Shown here one piece after another: positions 8,834-17,540 of a DNA stretch of 20,000 nt. The stretch covers positions 57,221-77,220 of the forward strand of contig JBDRRP010000155.1 in assembly GCA_043825735.1 (NCBI GenBank). Direction: 5' to 3'. The DNA is from Pseudomonadota bacterium (GTDB taxonomy: Bacteria > Desulfobacterota > Desulfobacteria > Desulfobacterales > JBDRRP01). A program made the translations under genes and the position numbers. The number at the start of each line of letters is the position of its first letter. The first letter of the stretch is position 1. The notes under the pieces are model-generated. The model was given only the letters and a program-made list of their open reading frames with translations, was not told the DNA's origin and ran no database searches.

Positions 8834-10605
8834 ACGCAGCGGACCAGAGCACCTCAGAGATTAGAATCACCGGCATCAGCGCCTCCCCAGGCATCTGCAT
8901 CGGCAAGGCCTATATGGTCGACACCGAGGGGGTCGAGGTGGTCAATACCTACCGCCTGGCTCCCGGAGAGCTGGAAGATGAAAAAAACCGATTCAAATCG
9001 GCTGTCAAAAAAGCCCGTGACCAGTTGGACGACATCATCGACAACACACCCGAAGCCCACCGCCAGCAAAACCAGATTCTTGAAACCCACAAAGTGCTGC
9101 TCCGGGACAAGATGCTCTTCAATCGCACCCTGGATCGCATCTCCGAGGAAGGCATCAACGCCGAGTGGGCGCTCAAGAAAGTTGTGGCTGACATCAAAAA
9201 CACGTTCACCGACATTGAAAACAGCTATGTCCGTGAACGGGCCAACGATATCGTTCAGGTCTCCGAGCACGTCTTCAGAAATCTGAGCGGCGCCGGCGAC
9301 GTGCGCATTGCCGAAATCCGCAAACGGGTAATTCTTGTAGCCCGGGATCTTTCTCCGGCTGAAACCAGCCAAATCGACCTCGAGCGCATCAGGGGCTTCA
9401 TTACCGATCGCGGCGGCAAGTCTTCACACACCAGCATCATCGCCAGAGCCCTTGAGATCCCGGCCGTGCAGGGGCTGCATAACGCCACCCGGTTGATTCG
9501 AAACGACGATCTGATCATTGTGGACGGATCCGCCGGTCTGGTCATCGTCAATCCCAGTGAAAGCACACTGATTGCTTTCGAAGAAAAACGAATCGCCTAC
9601 GAAGAGCGCAAAGCGGCCATCGGGCGCAGCAGCCACCTGGAGGCCCGCACCACCGACGGTGTCCATGTCCACGTCATGGCCAATATCGAATTGCCCGAAG
9701 AAGTTGTCTCGGCGCACAGCTACGGCAGCGACGGCATCGGGCTGTACCGGACGGAGTTCCAGTACATGAGCATCAGTGGTTTTCCATCGGAAGAAGCGCT
9801 TTTCGATAAATACAAAGACGTGGTGGATGTGATGGCCGGCAAGCCCGTGACCATACGCACTTTAGACATCAACGGCGACAAGGCTGTAAGCTACGGCACC
9901 GACACCTTCGAAGAAAACCCGGCTCTGGGCCTGCGCGCTATCCGCTATTGCCTGAAAAAAACCGATGTATTTCGCACGCAGTTGCGGGCCATCCTGCGAG
10001 CAGCCGCTTTTGGCAACGTGCGTATCCTGTTTCCCATGATTTCCAGCAAGGAAGAAATTGAGGCTGCCGTCGAACTGCTGGACACCGTTGCCGCTGAACT
10101 GGCCGCCGAAGGGCTGAAATTCAAACGAGAAATACCCATCGGCGCGATGATCGAAGTGCCTTCAGCGGTCATCATGGCCGACGCACTGGCCGACATCGTC
10201 GATTTTTTCAGTCTCGGCACCAACGATCTCGTACAATACACCCTGGCCATAGACCGCGGCAACCAGGAGGTGGCCCACTTGTTCCAGCCGCTTCACCCGG
10301 CTATCCTCCGGATGGTGAAGCATGTGGCCACGGTCGCCCGGGAAAAAGGCGTAAAAACCTACATCTGCGGGGAAATGGCCGGCGATCCACTCAATGTGCC
10401 GATTCTCATCGGGCTGGGCCTGGAGGAGTTCAGCATGAACCCACAATCGATCCCGGCCGTTAAAAGCATGATACGGGAAGTCGACACTGAAAGCTGCGCA
10501 CGGTTTCTGGATAAGGTATTGCAGCTGACCGCAGTGCGGGAGATCAACACACTGGTGGAGTCCACTTACGGCCCCATCCTTCAGGAGCGCATATACGGCG
10601 CCTGA
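8830..10605 (+). CDS. ptsI: PEP-protein phosphotransferase (PTS enzyme I)
   Basis: GGKSSHTSIIAR phospho-His motif, GIGLYRTEF, ENPALGLRAIR, FFSLGTNDL and ICGEMAGD. Confidence 0.96.
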   Translation: MNAADQSTSEIRITGISASPGICIGKAYMVDTEGVEVVNTYRLAPGELEDEKNRFKSAVKKARDQLDDIIDNTPEAHRQQNQILETHKVLLRDKMLFNRTLDRISEEGINAEWALKKVVADIKNTFTDIENSYVRERANDIVQVSEHVFRNLSGAGDVRIAEIRKRVILVARDLSPAETSQIDLERIRGFITDRGGKSSHTSIIARALEIPAVQGLHNATRLIRNDDLIIVDGSAGLVIVNPSESTLIAFEEKRIAYEERKAAIGRSSHLEARTTDGVHVHVMANIELPEEVVSAHSYGSDGIGLYRTEFQYMSISGFPSEEALFDKYKDVVDVMAGKPVTIRTLDINGDKAVSYGTDTFEENPALGLRAIRYCLKKTDVFRTQLRAILRAAAFGNVRILFPMISSKEEIEAAVELLDTVAAELAAEGLKFKREIPIGAMIEVPSAVIMADALADIVDFFSLGTNDLVQYTLAIDRGNQEVAHLFQPLHPAILRMVKHVATVAREKGVKTYICGEMAGDPLNVPILIGLGLEEFSMNPQSIPAVKSMIREVDTESCARFLDKVLQLTAVREINTLVESTYGPILQERIYGA

Positions 10606-10610
10606 ACCTT

Positions 10611-10780
10611 GATGGTCCCGTAAAAAGTCGGAATCTCTCGCAAAGCCGCCGTTCGACAGGCTCACGGCCCTGAGCGAAGTCGAAGGGCAACGATCGCAAA
10701 GTTAACACACTGATATTAAATAAATTTTTCTTGGCGTGCTTGGCGGCTTTGCGAGAAAATTGCTTTTCTACGAGCTGGTC
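10611..10780. mobile_element. MITE-like element, family B (170 bp), with a 6-bp target-site duplication and nested inverted repeats
   Basis: AACCTT direct repeat at 10605-10610 and 10781-10786. Degenerate termini GATGGTCCCGTAAAAAG / CTTTTCTACGAGCTGGTC. Perfect 15-bp internal inverted repeat at 10636-10650 / 10742-10756. Confidence 0.72.
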
Positions 10781-10825
10781 AACCTTAGTCACTGCGCGCG
10801 CGGAAATGACGGACGTGAGGGAATC

Positions 10826-11290
10826 ATGGTCGACAAGGGGCACGAAAAAGTGGTGGCCGAAAACCGCAAGGCGCGCCACGACTACTTCATCGAAGACACC
10901 TATGAAGCCGGCATGGTACTCACCGGTACCGAGGTCAAGTCCCTAAGGCAGGGCCGCGCGAATCTCAAAGACAGCTACGCCCGCATTAAAAACGGCGAGG
11001 TGTACGTCTACCAGATGCACATCAGCCCCTACCCTTTTGCCTATTATGATAATCATGAGCCGCTGCGCCCGCGAAAACTGCTGCTTCACAAATCTGAGAT
11101 CAGCAAACTTTACGGCAAGATCAATGAACAGGGGCATTCTCTCATTCCACTGCGACTCTACTTCAAAAACGGCAAGGTCAAAATCCTGCTCGCCCTGGCC
11201 AAGGGCAAACGCAAATACGACAAGCGCGAAACCATCCGCGAGCGCGACGGCAAGCGGGAACTGGACCGCGCCCGAAAGACCTACAAATAA
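10826..11290 (+). CDS. smpB: SsrA-binding protein SmpB
   Basis: [30 protein letters not shown] and GKRKYDKRE motifs. Start placed at ATG 10826 after a GAGG RBS. Confidence 0.97.
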   Translation: MVDKGHEKVVAENRKARHDYFIEDTYEAGMVLTGTEVKSLRQGRANLKDSYARIKNGEVYVYQMHISPYPFAYYDNHEPLRPRKLLLHKSEISKLYGKINEQGHSLIPLRLYFKNGKVKILLALAKGKRKYDKRETIRERDGKRELDRARKTYK

Positions 11291-11567
11291 ACTGCGGCAA
11301 ACAGCGCCGCAGTCTATATATGGCACTTCAAAACCTTAATCAGTTCACATAGATAACTTTTAATCCCCTCCTGGAAGCGGATCATACCGGTAAGATTTTA
11401 TCTGCTGTCGGCCACTCTCAGAACACTTCCAAACCCTTTCAAGAAACACCATAATTTCTATATATTATATTAAAACAGCCATTTGGAATCTTCGTTATCT
11501 ACTGTCTCGATCTGGATAGCCGAGAAAGCGGCCTCAGAAAAAAACACAACCGCTTCGAAATAATCGA

Positions 11568-11610
11568 TTGACACCATGGAAAATATGCAATATTGATTCA
11601 CACCATGAAT
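11568..11610 (+). promoter_or_regulatory. Probable sigma70 promoter and operator region of the MarR gene
   Basis: TTGACA at 11568-11573, AT-rich -10 region near 11588-11596, and an ATTCA-N5-TGAAT palindrome at 11596-11610. Confidence 0.5.
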
Positions 11611-12081
11611 TATAAATTAGATCCAGAAGCGCTCATCCCGCAATACCAGCTCGACCAGTTTCAGGAGCTCATCGGCAAGCTGTTTCAGTGCTGCCAGGAA
11701 CGCATACAGTACCAGAGCGAGCGTTTTGGCCTTCCGGACGCTGAGCTTCGGTGTCTCAAGCTCTTTGAAAGCGAGCGATACCTGACCGCCAAGGGAATCG
11801 CCCATCGGATGAATGTCGTCAAAAGCCGCGTGACCAAGATTATCGACGGCATGGTTCGAAAAGGCATGGTGCAAAGAGTCAAAGATCCGGAAGACTCGCG
11901 CATCACTCTGTTGAGCCTCACCTCGAAAGGGCAGGCCAAGCTTGATGCGATCAACGACTTTTTATCCGACGTGCACCAGGAAGTTCTTAACCGCCTGGTT
12001 CCTGAACAGCGCACCATCATGCTGTCAAACCTGGAAGTGCTCAAAACCGCCATGCAGTCCGTCAAGGACATGATGACCTGA
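11605..12081 (+). CDS. MarR-family transcriptional regulator
   Basis: Winged-helix pattern IAHRMNVVKSRVTKIIDGMVRKGMVQR..DPEDSR..L.LT.KG. ATG 11605 is preferred over TTG 11593. Confidence 0.92.
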   Translation: MNYKLDPEALIPQYQLDQFQELIGKLFQCCQERIQYQSERFGLPDAELRCLKLFESERYLTAKGIAHRMNVVKSRVTKIIDGMVRKGMVQRVKDPEDSRITLLSLTSKGQAKLDAINDFLSDVHQEVLNRLVPEQRTIMLSNLEVLKTAMQSVKDMMT

Positions 12082-12235
12082 CCAGCAGTCGCGGTATCGG
12101 CTCAGTTTCCTATACAGAAGGCAATTTTTGTGAGATATTGGTTCATATCATATACTTTTTCATAGTCGATAAGCCTGGATCAGATTGGTTTTCAATTGCT
12201 TATCAAGTCTATAGCATCAACCGTAGGAGGTCCAA

Positions 12236-12781
12236 ATGGAAAACATGGAACAGCAATTGGCGGACGTAAAAGCCCAACTCGATACGCTCCGCACCGGGCA
12301 GCCCGAAAACAAGCTGGCGATGGTGGTCTTCAGCGGTGATCTGGACAGGGCCCTCGCCGCACTGATCATCGCCACCGGCGCCGTTGCCATGGGCATGGAA
12401 GCAGTCCTGTTCTTCACCTTCTGGGGCACTCCGGTGCTCAGGGACAAAAACAAGAGCGTGAGCGGCAAGGACACCATGGGAAAGATGTTCGGAACGATGC
12501 TGCCCAAGGGGGCCGATGCCTTGAAGCTGTCCAAAATGAACATGGGCGGCATGGGCACCATGATGATGAAAACCCTCATGAAGCAAAAAAACGTTGCATC
12601 GCTGGCAGATATGCTGGCGCTGGCCGAGGAGCTCGAGGTGCGCATCATCATCTGCGAGATGAGCATGGATCTGATGGGCTTCAAACGCGAAGAGATGATC
12701 AACTACAAGCACCTGGAGTATGGCGGTGTGGCAAAATTCATAGCCGAAGCCGGGACCAGCAAGATCCAACTTTTCATTTAG
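12236..12781 (+). CDS. DsrE/DsrF-like (DsrE2/YrkE-type) sulfurtransferase
   Basis: VFSGDLDRALAA, LFFTFWG, LSKMNMGGMG, conserved Cys in ICEMSMDLMG, and GGVAKF. AGGAGG RBS upstream. Confidence 0.92.
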   Translation: MENMEQQLADVKAQLDTLRTGQPENKLAMVVFSGDLDRALAALIIATGAVAMGMEAVLFFTFWGTPVLRDKNKSVSGKDTMGKMFGTMLPKGADALKLSKMNMGGMGTMMMKTLMKQKNVASLADMLALAEELEVRIIICEMSMDLMGFKREEMINYKHLEYGGVAKFIAEAGTSKIQLFI

Positions 12782-13092
12782 TGCCCGGCCATAAACGGCA
12801 TCTTTGCCTTAGAAACCCTGCGCTGCGCGCAGGGTTCCAGGCGAAACAACCGGCTCAGGGCGGCGTTTTAAAGCCCCAAACATCGCGGGGCTTACCGGTA
12901 AGGCATCATGCCATTTTTATTCGCTCGCGATGCTCGCTGCGCCGGCCCGCACTTTTCGAAATCATCGGGCTGTTCGTCTGGAACCCGGTGCGAAGCACCG
13001 GGTTTCCAAGACAAATAGCAGGCTATTCCTCCGGTTTCGAAAATGCTCAAGCCTTGCCCTGAACCAAAACCTACCATTTCTGGACGGACACT
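12780..13092. mobile_element. MITE-like element, family A, long copy (313 bp)
   Basis: Termini AGTGCCCGGCCATAAA / TTTCTGGACGGACACT, flanked by ATTT direct repeats (ATTTAG occurs at 12776 and 13093). Contains several internal palindromes and no transposase ORF. Confidence 0.82.
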
Positions 13093-13154
13093 ATTTAGTA
13101 CTTTAAGGGCGACAACCAGCTTGCAAAAAAACCAAATAACTAAGGAGAAACGCA

Positions 13155-13397
13155 ATGAGTGACGACATCACAGTGAAAAAAGTTCTCGATCTCAAAGGCC
13201 TGGCATGCCCCATGCCGGTGGTAAAAATGAGCAAAGGCATCAAGGATGTGGCCGTGGGTGAAATCGTTGAGGCCATTACCACCGATCCCGGCGCGCTGGC
13301 CGATTTTCCCGCATGGGCCAAAACCAGCGGCAACGAGATCGTAAAGACCGATCAAAGCGGCGATGAGATCAAGTTCTACGTCAAACGCAAAGCCTGA
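13155..13397 (+). CDS. tusA: TusA-family sulfur carrier protein
   Basis: LDLKGLACPMPVV (CPxP motif) and TDPGALADFPAWA; 80 aa; AAGGAG RBS. Confidence 0.93.
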   Translation: MSDDITVKKVLDLKGLACPMPVVKMSKGIKDVAVGEIVEAITTDPGALADFPAWAKTSGNEIVKTDQSGDEIKFYVKRKA

Positions 13398-13558
13398 CCA
13401 TCTCAGGCGCCGGCTGCGAGCAGGTGAAATCTGCTTGGCCGCTGTCGGAACAACCGGTACACGGATCTCCCCCCCGTGAACCCGCGCCGCCACAGGCCAG
13501 TCTGCTCGATCTCCAGTGCCTGCGACAGGACCGGTGTCGGCGCACCAAGGAGGCAAAA

Positions 13559-14269
13559 TTGGAACCCGTCATCTATTTCATACTGGTACCGATGGTCTAC
13601 ATTGCCTTCGGCGTGTTCGCCATCGGCACGGTATTTCAGCTGGTCAGCATTTTCAGCAAACCTAAAAACCCATCGACACTGCGGATCTATCCGGACAAAG
13701 GCGCTCCGTGGCTGCTGGCGGCAGCAGACGCCCTTTTCTTCCCCACGATCCGCCGCCACAAACCACTGCTGTGGGTATTTCTCGTCATTTTCCATGTGGG
13801 CCTGCTCCTGTTGCTGATTACCCACCTCGAGCTGATCGCCGAATGGGCGCCGCTTCAGATCATTGCCCATGACATTCCCATGGGCCACGGCTTTGTGGGG
13901 CTATCGATGATCATCTGCCTGCTTTACTTTCTACTGCGCCGGTTCAAATCTCCGGTGCGCGAGCTCTCGGTGCCGGAAGACTACTTGATGCTCATCCTGC
14001 TGCTTCTCACGGTGCTCTTCGGTGCGGAAATGAACTGGGCCCGCACCTGGTACGAGTATGGCGAAATGGGCGTGGGCGACTACCGCGAATATCTGTACGG
14101 ACTGGTCACTTTCAGCCCCGAGCTGCCCGATGTGACACGCTATTCCGGTCACTCCTTCATGCTCGTGGTCCACGTTTTCTTTGCCAACGTGCTGCTGATT
14201 CTCTTTCCGTTCAGCCAGATGATTCACGCGTTTTTGGCACTTCCCATCAATAAACTGCGAAGAGGCTAA
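13559..14269 (+). CDS. NarI/DsrM-like membrane cytochrome b subunit
   Basis: TTG start after AAGGAGG. About five hydrophobic segments, with paired His residues (IFH...ITH and VVH...MIH) and the NarI-like LLRRF...VR..S..EDY motif. Confidence 0.82.
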   Translation: MEPVIYFILVPMVYIAFGVFAIGTVFQLVSIFSKPKNPSTLRIYPDKGAPWLLAAADALFFPTIRRHKPLLWVFLVIFHVGLLLLLITHLELIAEWAPLQIIAHDIPMGHGFVGLSMIICLLYFLLRRFKSPVRELSVPEDYLMLILLLLTVLFGAEMNWARTWYEYGEMGVGDYREYLYGLVTFSPELPDVTRYSGHSFMLVVHVFFANVLLILFPFSQMIHAFLALPINKLRRG

Positions 14270-14271
14270 CC

Positions 14272-15528
14272 ATGGACAAGCAAACCCGTGACGACCTGCT
14301 TGCGCTCTTTGGCAGCAAGCTGAACCAGGCCATGCGGCTTTATCTGGAAACCTGCACGCGCTGCGGCGTGTGCACCGAAGCCTGCCATGTCTATGCATCC
14401 ATGGGCCGCGTCCAGAACATTGCCGCCTACCGCGCGGAAATCATCCGGCGGCTTTACCGAAAATACTTTAAAACCAAAGGCAAGCTGATGCCGGGCCTGG
14501 GCGAGGCCAAGGAACTTAACGAACTGGCCATGACCGAGCTTTTCGAGGCGGCCTACTCCTGCACGGGATGCCGCCGGTGCATGATGTACTGCCCCTTCGG
14601 CATCGACACCCAGATGCTCATGAGCATTGCCAAACTGCTGCTCATCGGCCACGGCAGCGAACCGGAGACCCTCTCCATGCTGGCGGACATGTCCGTCCAG
14701 AAGGGGGAATCTGTCGACATGTTCAAGGAGAGTTTCATCGCGGGCATCAAGAAACTCGAAAACCAGGTGGTGGCCAAATGGCACTCGGAAGCCGGGGAAT
14801 CAGTCATCCCGGTGGATGTTGAGGGAGCCGACCTGCTTTACGTCGCCCTGGCCGGGGCCCACTCCATCATCCCGGCAGCGGCCATCTTCAATGCGGCCGG
14901 CGAAAAATGGACCCTGAGCTTTTTCGAAGCGGTCAATTTCGGCGCATTCGTGGGCGATCCGACCAAGACCAAGCTCATTTTGGAGCGCATCGTGAAAGAA
15001 GCCGTCAGACTCAAGGTCAAGGAGGTCTGCATCTGCGAGTGCGGTACGGCGTTCCGGGTCATGAAGCACCTGTCGGGCAAACATGAATTCAAGGTCACCG
15101 CCATCACCGAGGTTCACGCCCGCTACATCCGGGAGGGGCGCATCACGCTCGACAAGAGCAAGACCAAAGGCCCGGTCACCTACCACGATCCCTGCCAGAT
15201 CGCCCGGAACGGCGGCGTCATCGACGAACCCCGATACATTTTGAAGCATTTGACCGACGACTTCCGGGAAATGAGCCCGGAACCCAACTACAACTGGTGC
15301 TGCGGCGGCGGCGGCGGACTGGTGGCTCTTGGCGAGGACACCCTTGATTTCCGCATGAAATCCGCGCGCGTCAAATTCGACCAGGTGAAAAAGACCGAGG
15401 CGACGATTCTGAGCACGGCCTGTGAAAACTGCCACGAGCAACTCAAAAACCTCAATGACCACTACAAAATGGGCGTGGAAGTAAAGTTTCTTTCCTCCAT
15501 GGTAGCGGACGCGCTGATTCACCCGTAG
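14272..15528 (+). CDS. (Fe-S)-binding CCG-domain oxidoreductase, DsrK/TmcB/HmcF/HdrD-like
   Basis: Two ferredoxin motifs (CTRCGVCTEAC and CTGCRRCMMYCP), ECG, and a CCG domain YHDPC...CCGGGGG...ACENC. Confidence 0.9.
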   Translation: MDKQTRDDLLALFGSKLNQAMRLYLETCTRCGVCTEACHVYASMGRVQNIAAYRAEIIRRLYRKYFKTKGKLMPGLGEAKELNELAMTELFEAAYSCTGCRRCMMYCPFGIDTQMLMSIAKLLLIGHGSEPETLSMLADMSVQKGESVDMFKESFIAGIKKLENQVVAKWHSEAGESVIPVDVEGADLLYVALAGAHSIIPAAAIFNAAGEKWTLSFFEAVNFGAFVGDPTKTKLILERIVKEAVRLKVKEVCICECGTAFRVMKHLSGKHEFKVTAITEVHARYIREGRITLDKSKTKGPVTYHDPCQIARNGGVIDEPRYILKHLTDDFREMSPEPNYNWCCGGGGGLVALGEDTLDFRMKSARVKFDQVKKTEATILSTACENCHEQLKNLNDHYKMGVEVKFLSSMVADALIHP

Positions 15529-15579
15529 CCATTGATGCAATGCACCCGATTCCACTACCAACGAAGGAGGTAAGCAGAC

Positions 15580-16815
15580 ATGAGTAAACGTTACTTCAAG
15601 TTCGTGATGGTCATGACTCTGGCGCTGGCCGTGACCACTCCGGCATGGGCCACCAACGGCACCAACCTCATCGGAATTGGTCCCACATCCCGCGCCATGG
15701 GCGGCGTCGGCGTCGCCGCCCCGCAAGATGCCGTCAGTGCCATCTTTGCCAACCCTGCAGGGATGTGCTTCGGCTCATACTGCCCGGGATCCGAAGCCGA
15801 ATTTGGTGGCACCTTTTTTGCGCCAACCGTCAAGAGTACTGTAAAGACGCCTTTTGGCGCAGCCTCTGAAGACAGCCAGATGAAACCCTTCGTCGTGCCG
15901 GCGGTGGGAATCGCGGCGCCGGTCAACCCAAAGCTTCGTTTCGGTATCGGTGCGTACGGGGTTTCAGGCATGGGGGTCGATTACAAAGGCAAATCACCGG
16001 CGGTGTATGGTAATCTTTACACTAAACTGGAAATAATGAAATTTGCCCCCAATTTAGCCTATCAGGTCAGTGACAATTTTTCAGTTGGGGCCAGCTTGAG
16101 TGTTGACTACCAGAATTTGGATTTAGGCGAGGGCTCGGCTCACGATTATGCATACGGCGCTCAATTGGGTCTGATCTACAAGATCGGGATATTCTCACTG
16201 GGCGCATCCTATACAACCCCTCAAGGCGTCACGCATAAAAACGTATCGTCTTTTGGGTCCGGGACCCCTGCCAACAACGTTGTATATCCGACAAAAAGAT
16301 ATTTTGATTTAGAGTTGCAGAGCCCCCCCATTTATGCTGGCGGTGTGGCCTTCCAGCCCAACGACAAGCTCCTGGTTGAATTCGACATCAAGTACCTGCC
16401 GTGGGCTGATGCCTCAGGCTACAAGGATTTCGATTGGGATAACCAGTGGGTGTATGCGCTCGGTGCCCAATATCGTGTGACCCCGGCGGTCGCCTTACGA
16501 GCGGGTTACAATTATTCCAAAAACCCCGTAAAGGAACACAATGGTTTTAATGCCGGTGGCGCCACCAACCTGCAAGGGACCTCTGTTCCCAATTTTATGT
16601 ACGAGCAGTTCCGGATCATTGGCTTTCCGGCCGTGGTCGAACAACACGCCACCCTGGGACTTGGCTGGAATGTAACCGAGTCCTTCATCATTGATCTGTC
16701 CCTGATGCACGCATTCAAACAAAGCATCAGTGAGTCTGATTCCTCAGGCACATGGTCTTTTGAATCCTCTCTCGAGGAGACATCGACCTCCTTCGGTTGC
16801 ACCTGGCGGTTCTAG
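15580..16815 (+). CDS. OmpP1/FadL/TodX-family outer-membrane transport protein
   Basis: Signal peptide ending AWA|TNG, RAMGGVGVA, AIFANPAG hatch motif, LRAGYNY and a C-terminal Phe. Confidence 0.9.
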   Translation: MSKRYFKFVMVMTLALAVTTPAWATNGTNLIGIGPTSRAMGGVGVAAPQDAVSAIFANPAGMCFGSYCPGSEAEFGGTFFAPTVKSTVKTPFGAASEDSQMKPFVVPAVGIAAPVNPKLRFGIGAYGVSGMGVDYKGKSPAVYGNLYTKLEIMKFAPNLAYQVSDNFSVGASLSVDYQNLDLGEGSAHDYAYGAQLGLIYKIGIFSLGASYTTPQGVTHKNVSSFGSGTPANNVVYPTKRYFDLELQSPPIYAGGVAFQPNDKLLVEFDIKYLPWADASGYKDFDWDNQWVYALGAQYRVTPAVALRAGYNYSKNPVKEHNGFNAGGATNLQGTSVPNFMYEQFRIIGFPAVVEQHATLGLGWNVTESFIIDLSLMHAFKQSISESDSSGTWSFESSLEETSTSFGCTWRF

Positions 16816-16859
16816 TCTCCCGGAAGCGGGTCAAGTGACGAACTGCCCCAAAAAAACAC

Positions 16860-16891
16860 AGGCGGGTCCTATTTCAGGACCCGCCTTTTTT
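16860..16891 (+). terminator. Rho-independent terminator
   Basis: AGGCGGGTCCT-ATTTC-AGGACCCGCCT followed by a T tract. Confidence 0.9.
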
Positions 16892-16907
16892 GTTCTGCGC
16901 TATCTCA

Positions 16908-16936
16908 TTGACTATCTGGGAGCGTTGCCTTATCTT
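16908..16936 (+). promoter_or_regulatory. Probable sigma70 promoter of ssrA
   Basis: TTGACT-N17-TATCTT, about 90 bp upstream of the mature tmRNA 5' end. Confidence 0.65.
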
Positions 16937-17026
16937 ACGCCACGATTTATCGCTCTTTTACAAACACCTCACCAATCCGTTGCCATCCGCACGACCGGCG
17001 TTGCGTCGCGGATGCACCCACCCAAT

Positions 17027-17378
17027 GGGGGCGAAATGGCTTCGACGGGGGTAATGAAGCATAGGTTGCATGCCGAGCTCTCGCTGACTCGTTAAACCGG
17101 CGGGAACTAAACATAATCGCAGACGATTATAACTACGCCGTAGCCGCTTAGTCGGCTACCGTTCCTTCGGGGAGAGCCTGCGCCCCCGTCTGGAGCGTCG
17201 ACTAGCAGGACCGCCGATTCCGGGTGCCTGTACCGGTATCGGTTAAACTCATAGGATAAGCGCTTGGATATCCGGCCAGGAGGAGCTCCCGGCGCCGACA
17301 ATTAAAATTCTGGAAAAGCATGTAGACGCCTCTGTGGAGTACTTCCGGACGGGGGTTCAACTCCCCCCGCCTCCACCA
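17027..17378 (+). ncRNA. ssrA: tmRNA (transfer-messenger RNA)
   Basis: 5' GGGGGCGAAATGGCTTCGAC and 3' GACGGGGGTTCAACTCCCCCCGCCTCCACCA, forming an Ala-type acceptor stem with a G-U pair and a T arm. Tag reading frame 17119-17151 encodes ADDYNYAVAA*. Confidence 0.97.
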
Positions 17379-17406
17379 AATTCAAATCCAAGAAGGTCCA
17401 ATAAAG

Positions 17407-17440
17407 TCAGAAAAACCAATAATTATGGTGGTTTTTCTGA
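17407..17440. terminator. Hairpin downstream of ssrA (terminator-like or att-site structure)
   Basis: Perfect 12-bp inverted repeat TCAGAAAAACCA / TGGTTTTTCTGA followed by TTTT. Confidence 0.55.
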
Positions 17441-17540
17441 TTTTGCTGTCCGATAGGGACTTGTAACGTCTCTTGACATCCCGTCATTTTTGACGGTATT
17501 TATGGCGGTAGATCCAGTACAGCAAGGAGGATATACCGTC

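Noticed and set aside
10544..10879. Minus-strand 111-aa ORF and the N-terminal extension of SmpB from 10736
   Set aside because: Both run through the repeat element. SmpB homology and the RBS begin at 10826.
12781..13155. ORFs 12781-13062 and 12892-13155 as a transposase or small proteins
   Set aside because: They lie within the MITE and show no transposase motifs or RBS.
13395..13445. tusA TGA followed by hairpins as possible Sec readthrough
   Set aside because: TusA is already full length and the TGA is not at a Cys-motif position. The hairpins are more likely mRNA-stability structures.
13424..13558. 45-aa N-terminal extension of the NarI-like ORF
   Set aside because: A strong AAGGAGG precedes TTG 13559, and the extension looks non-coding.
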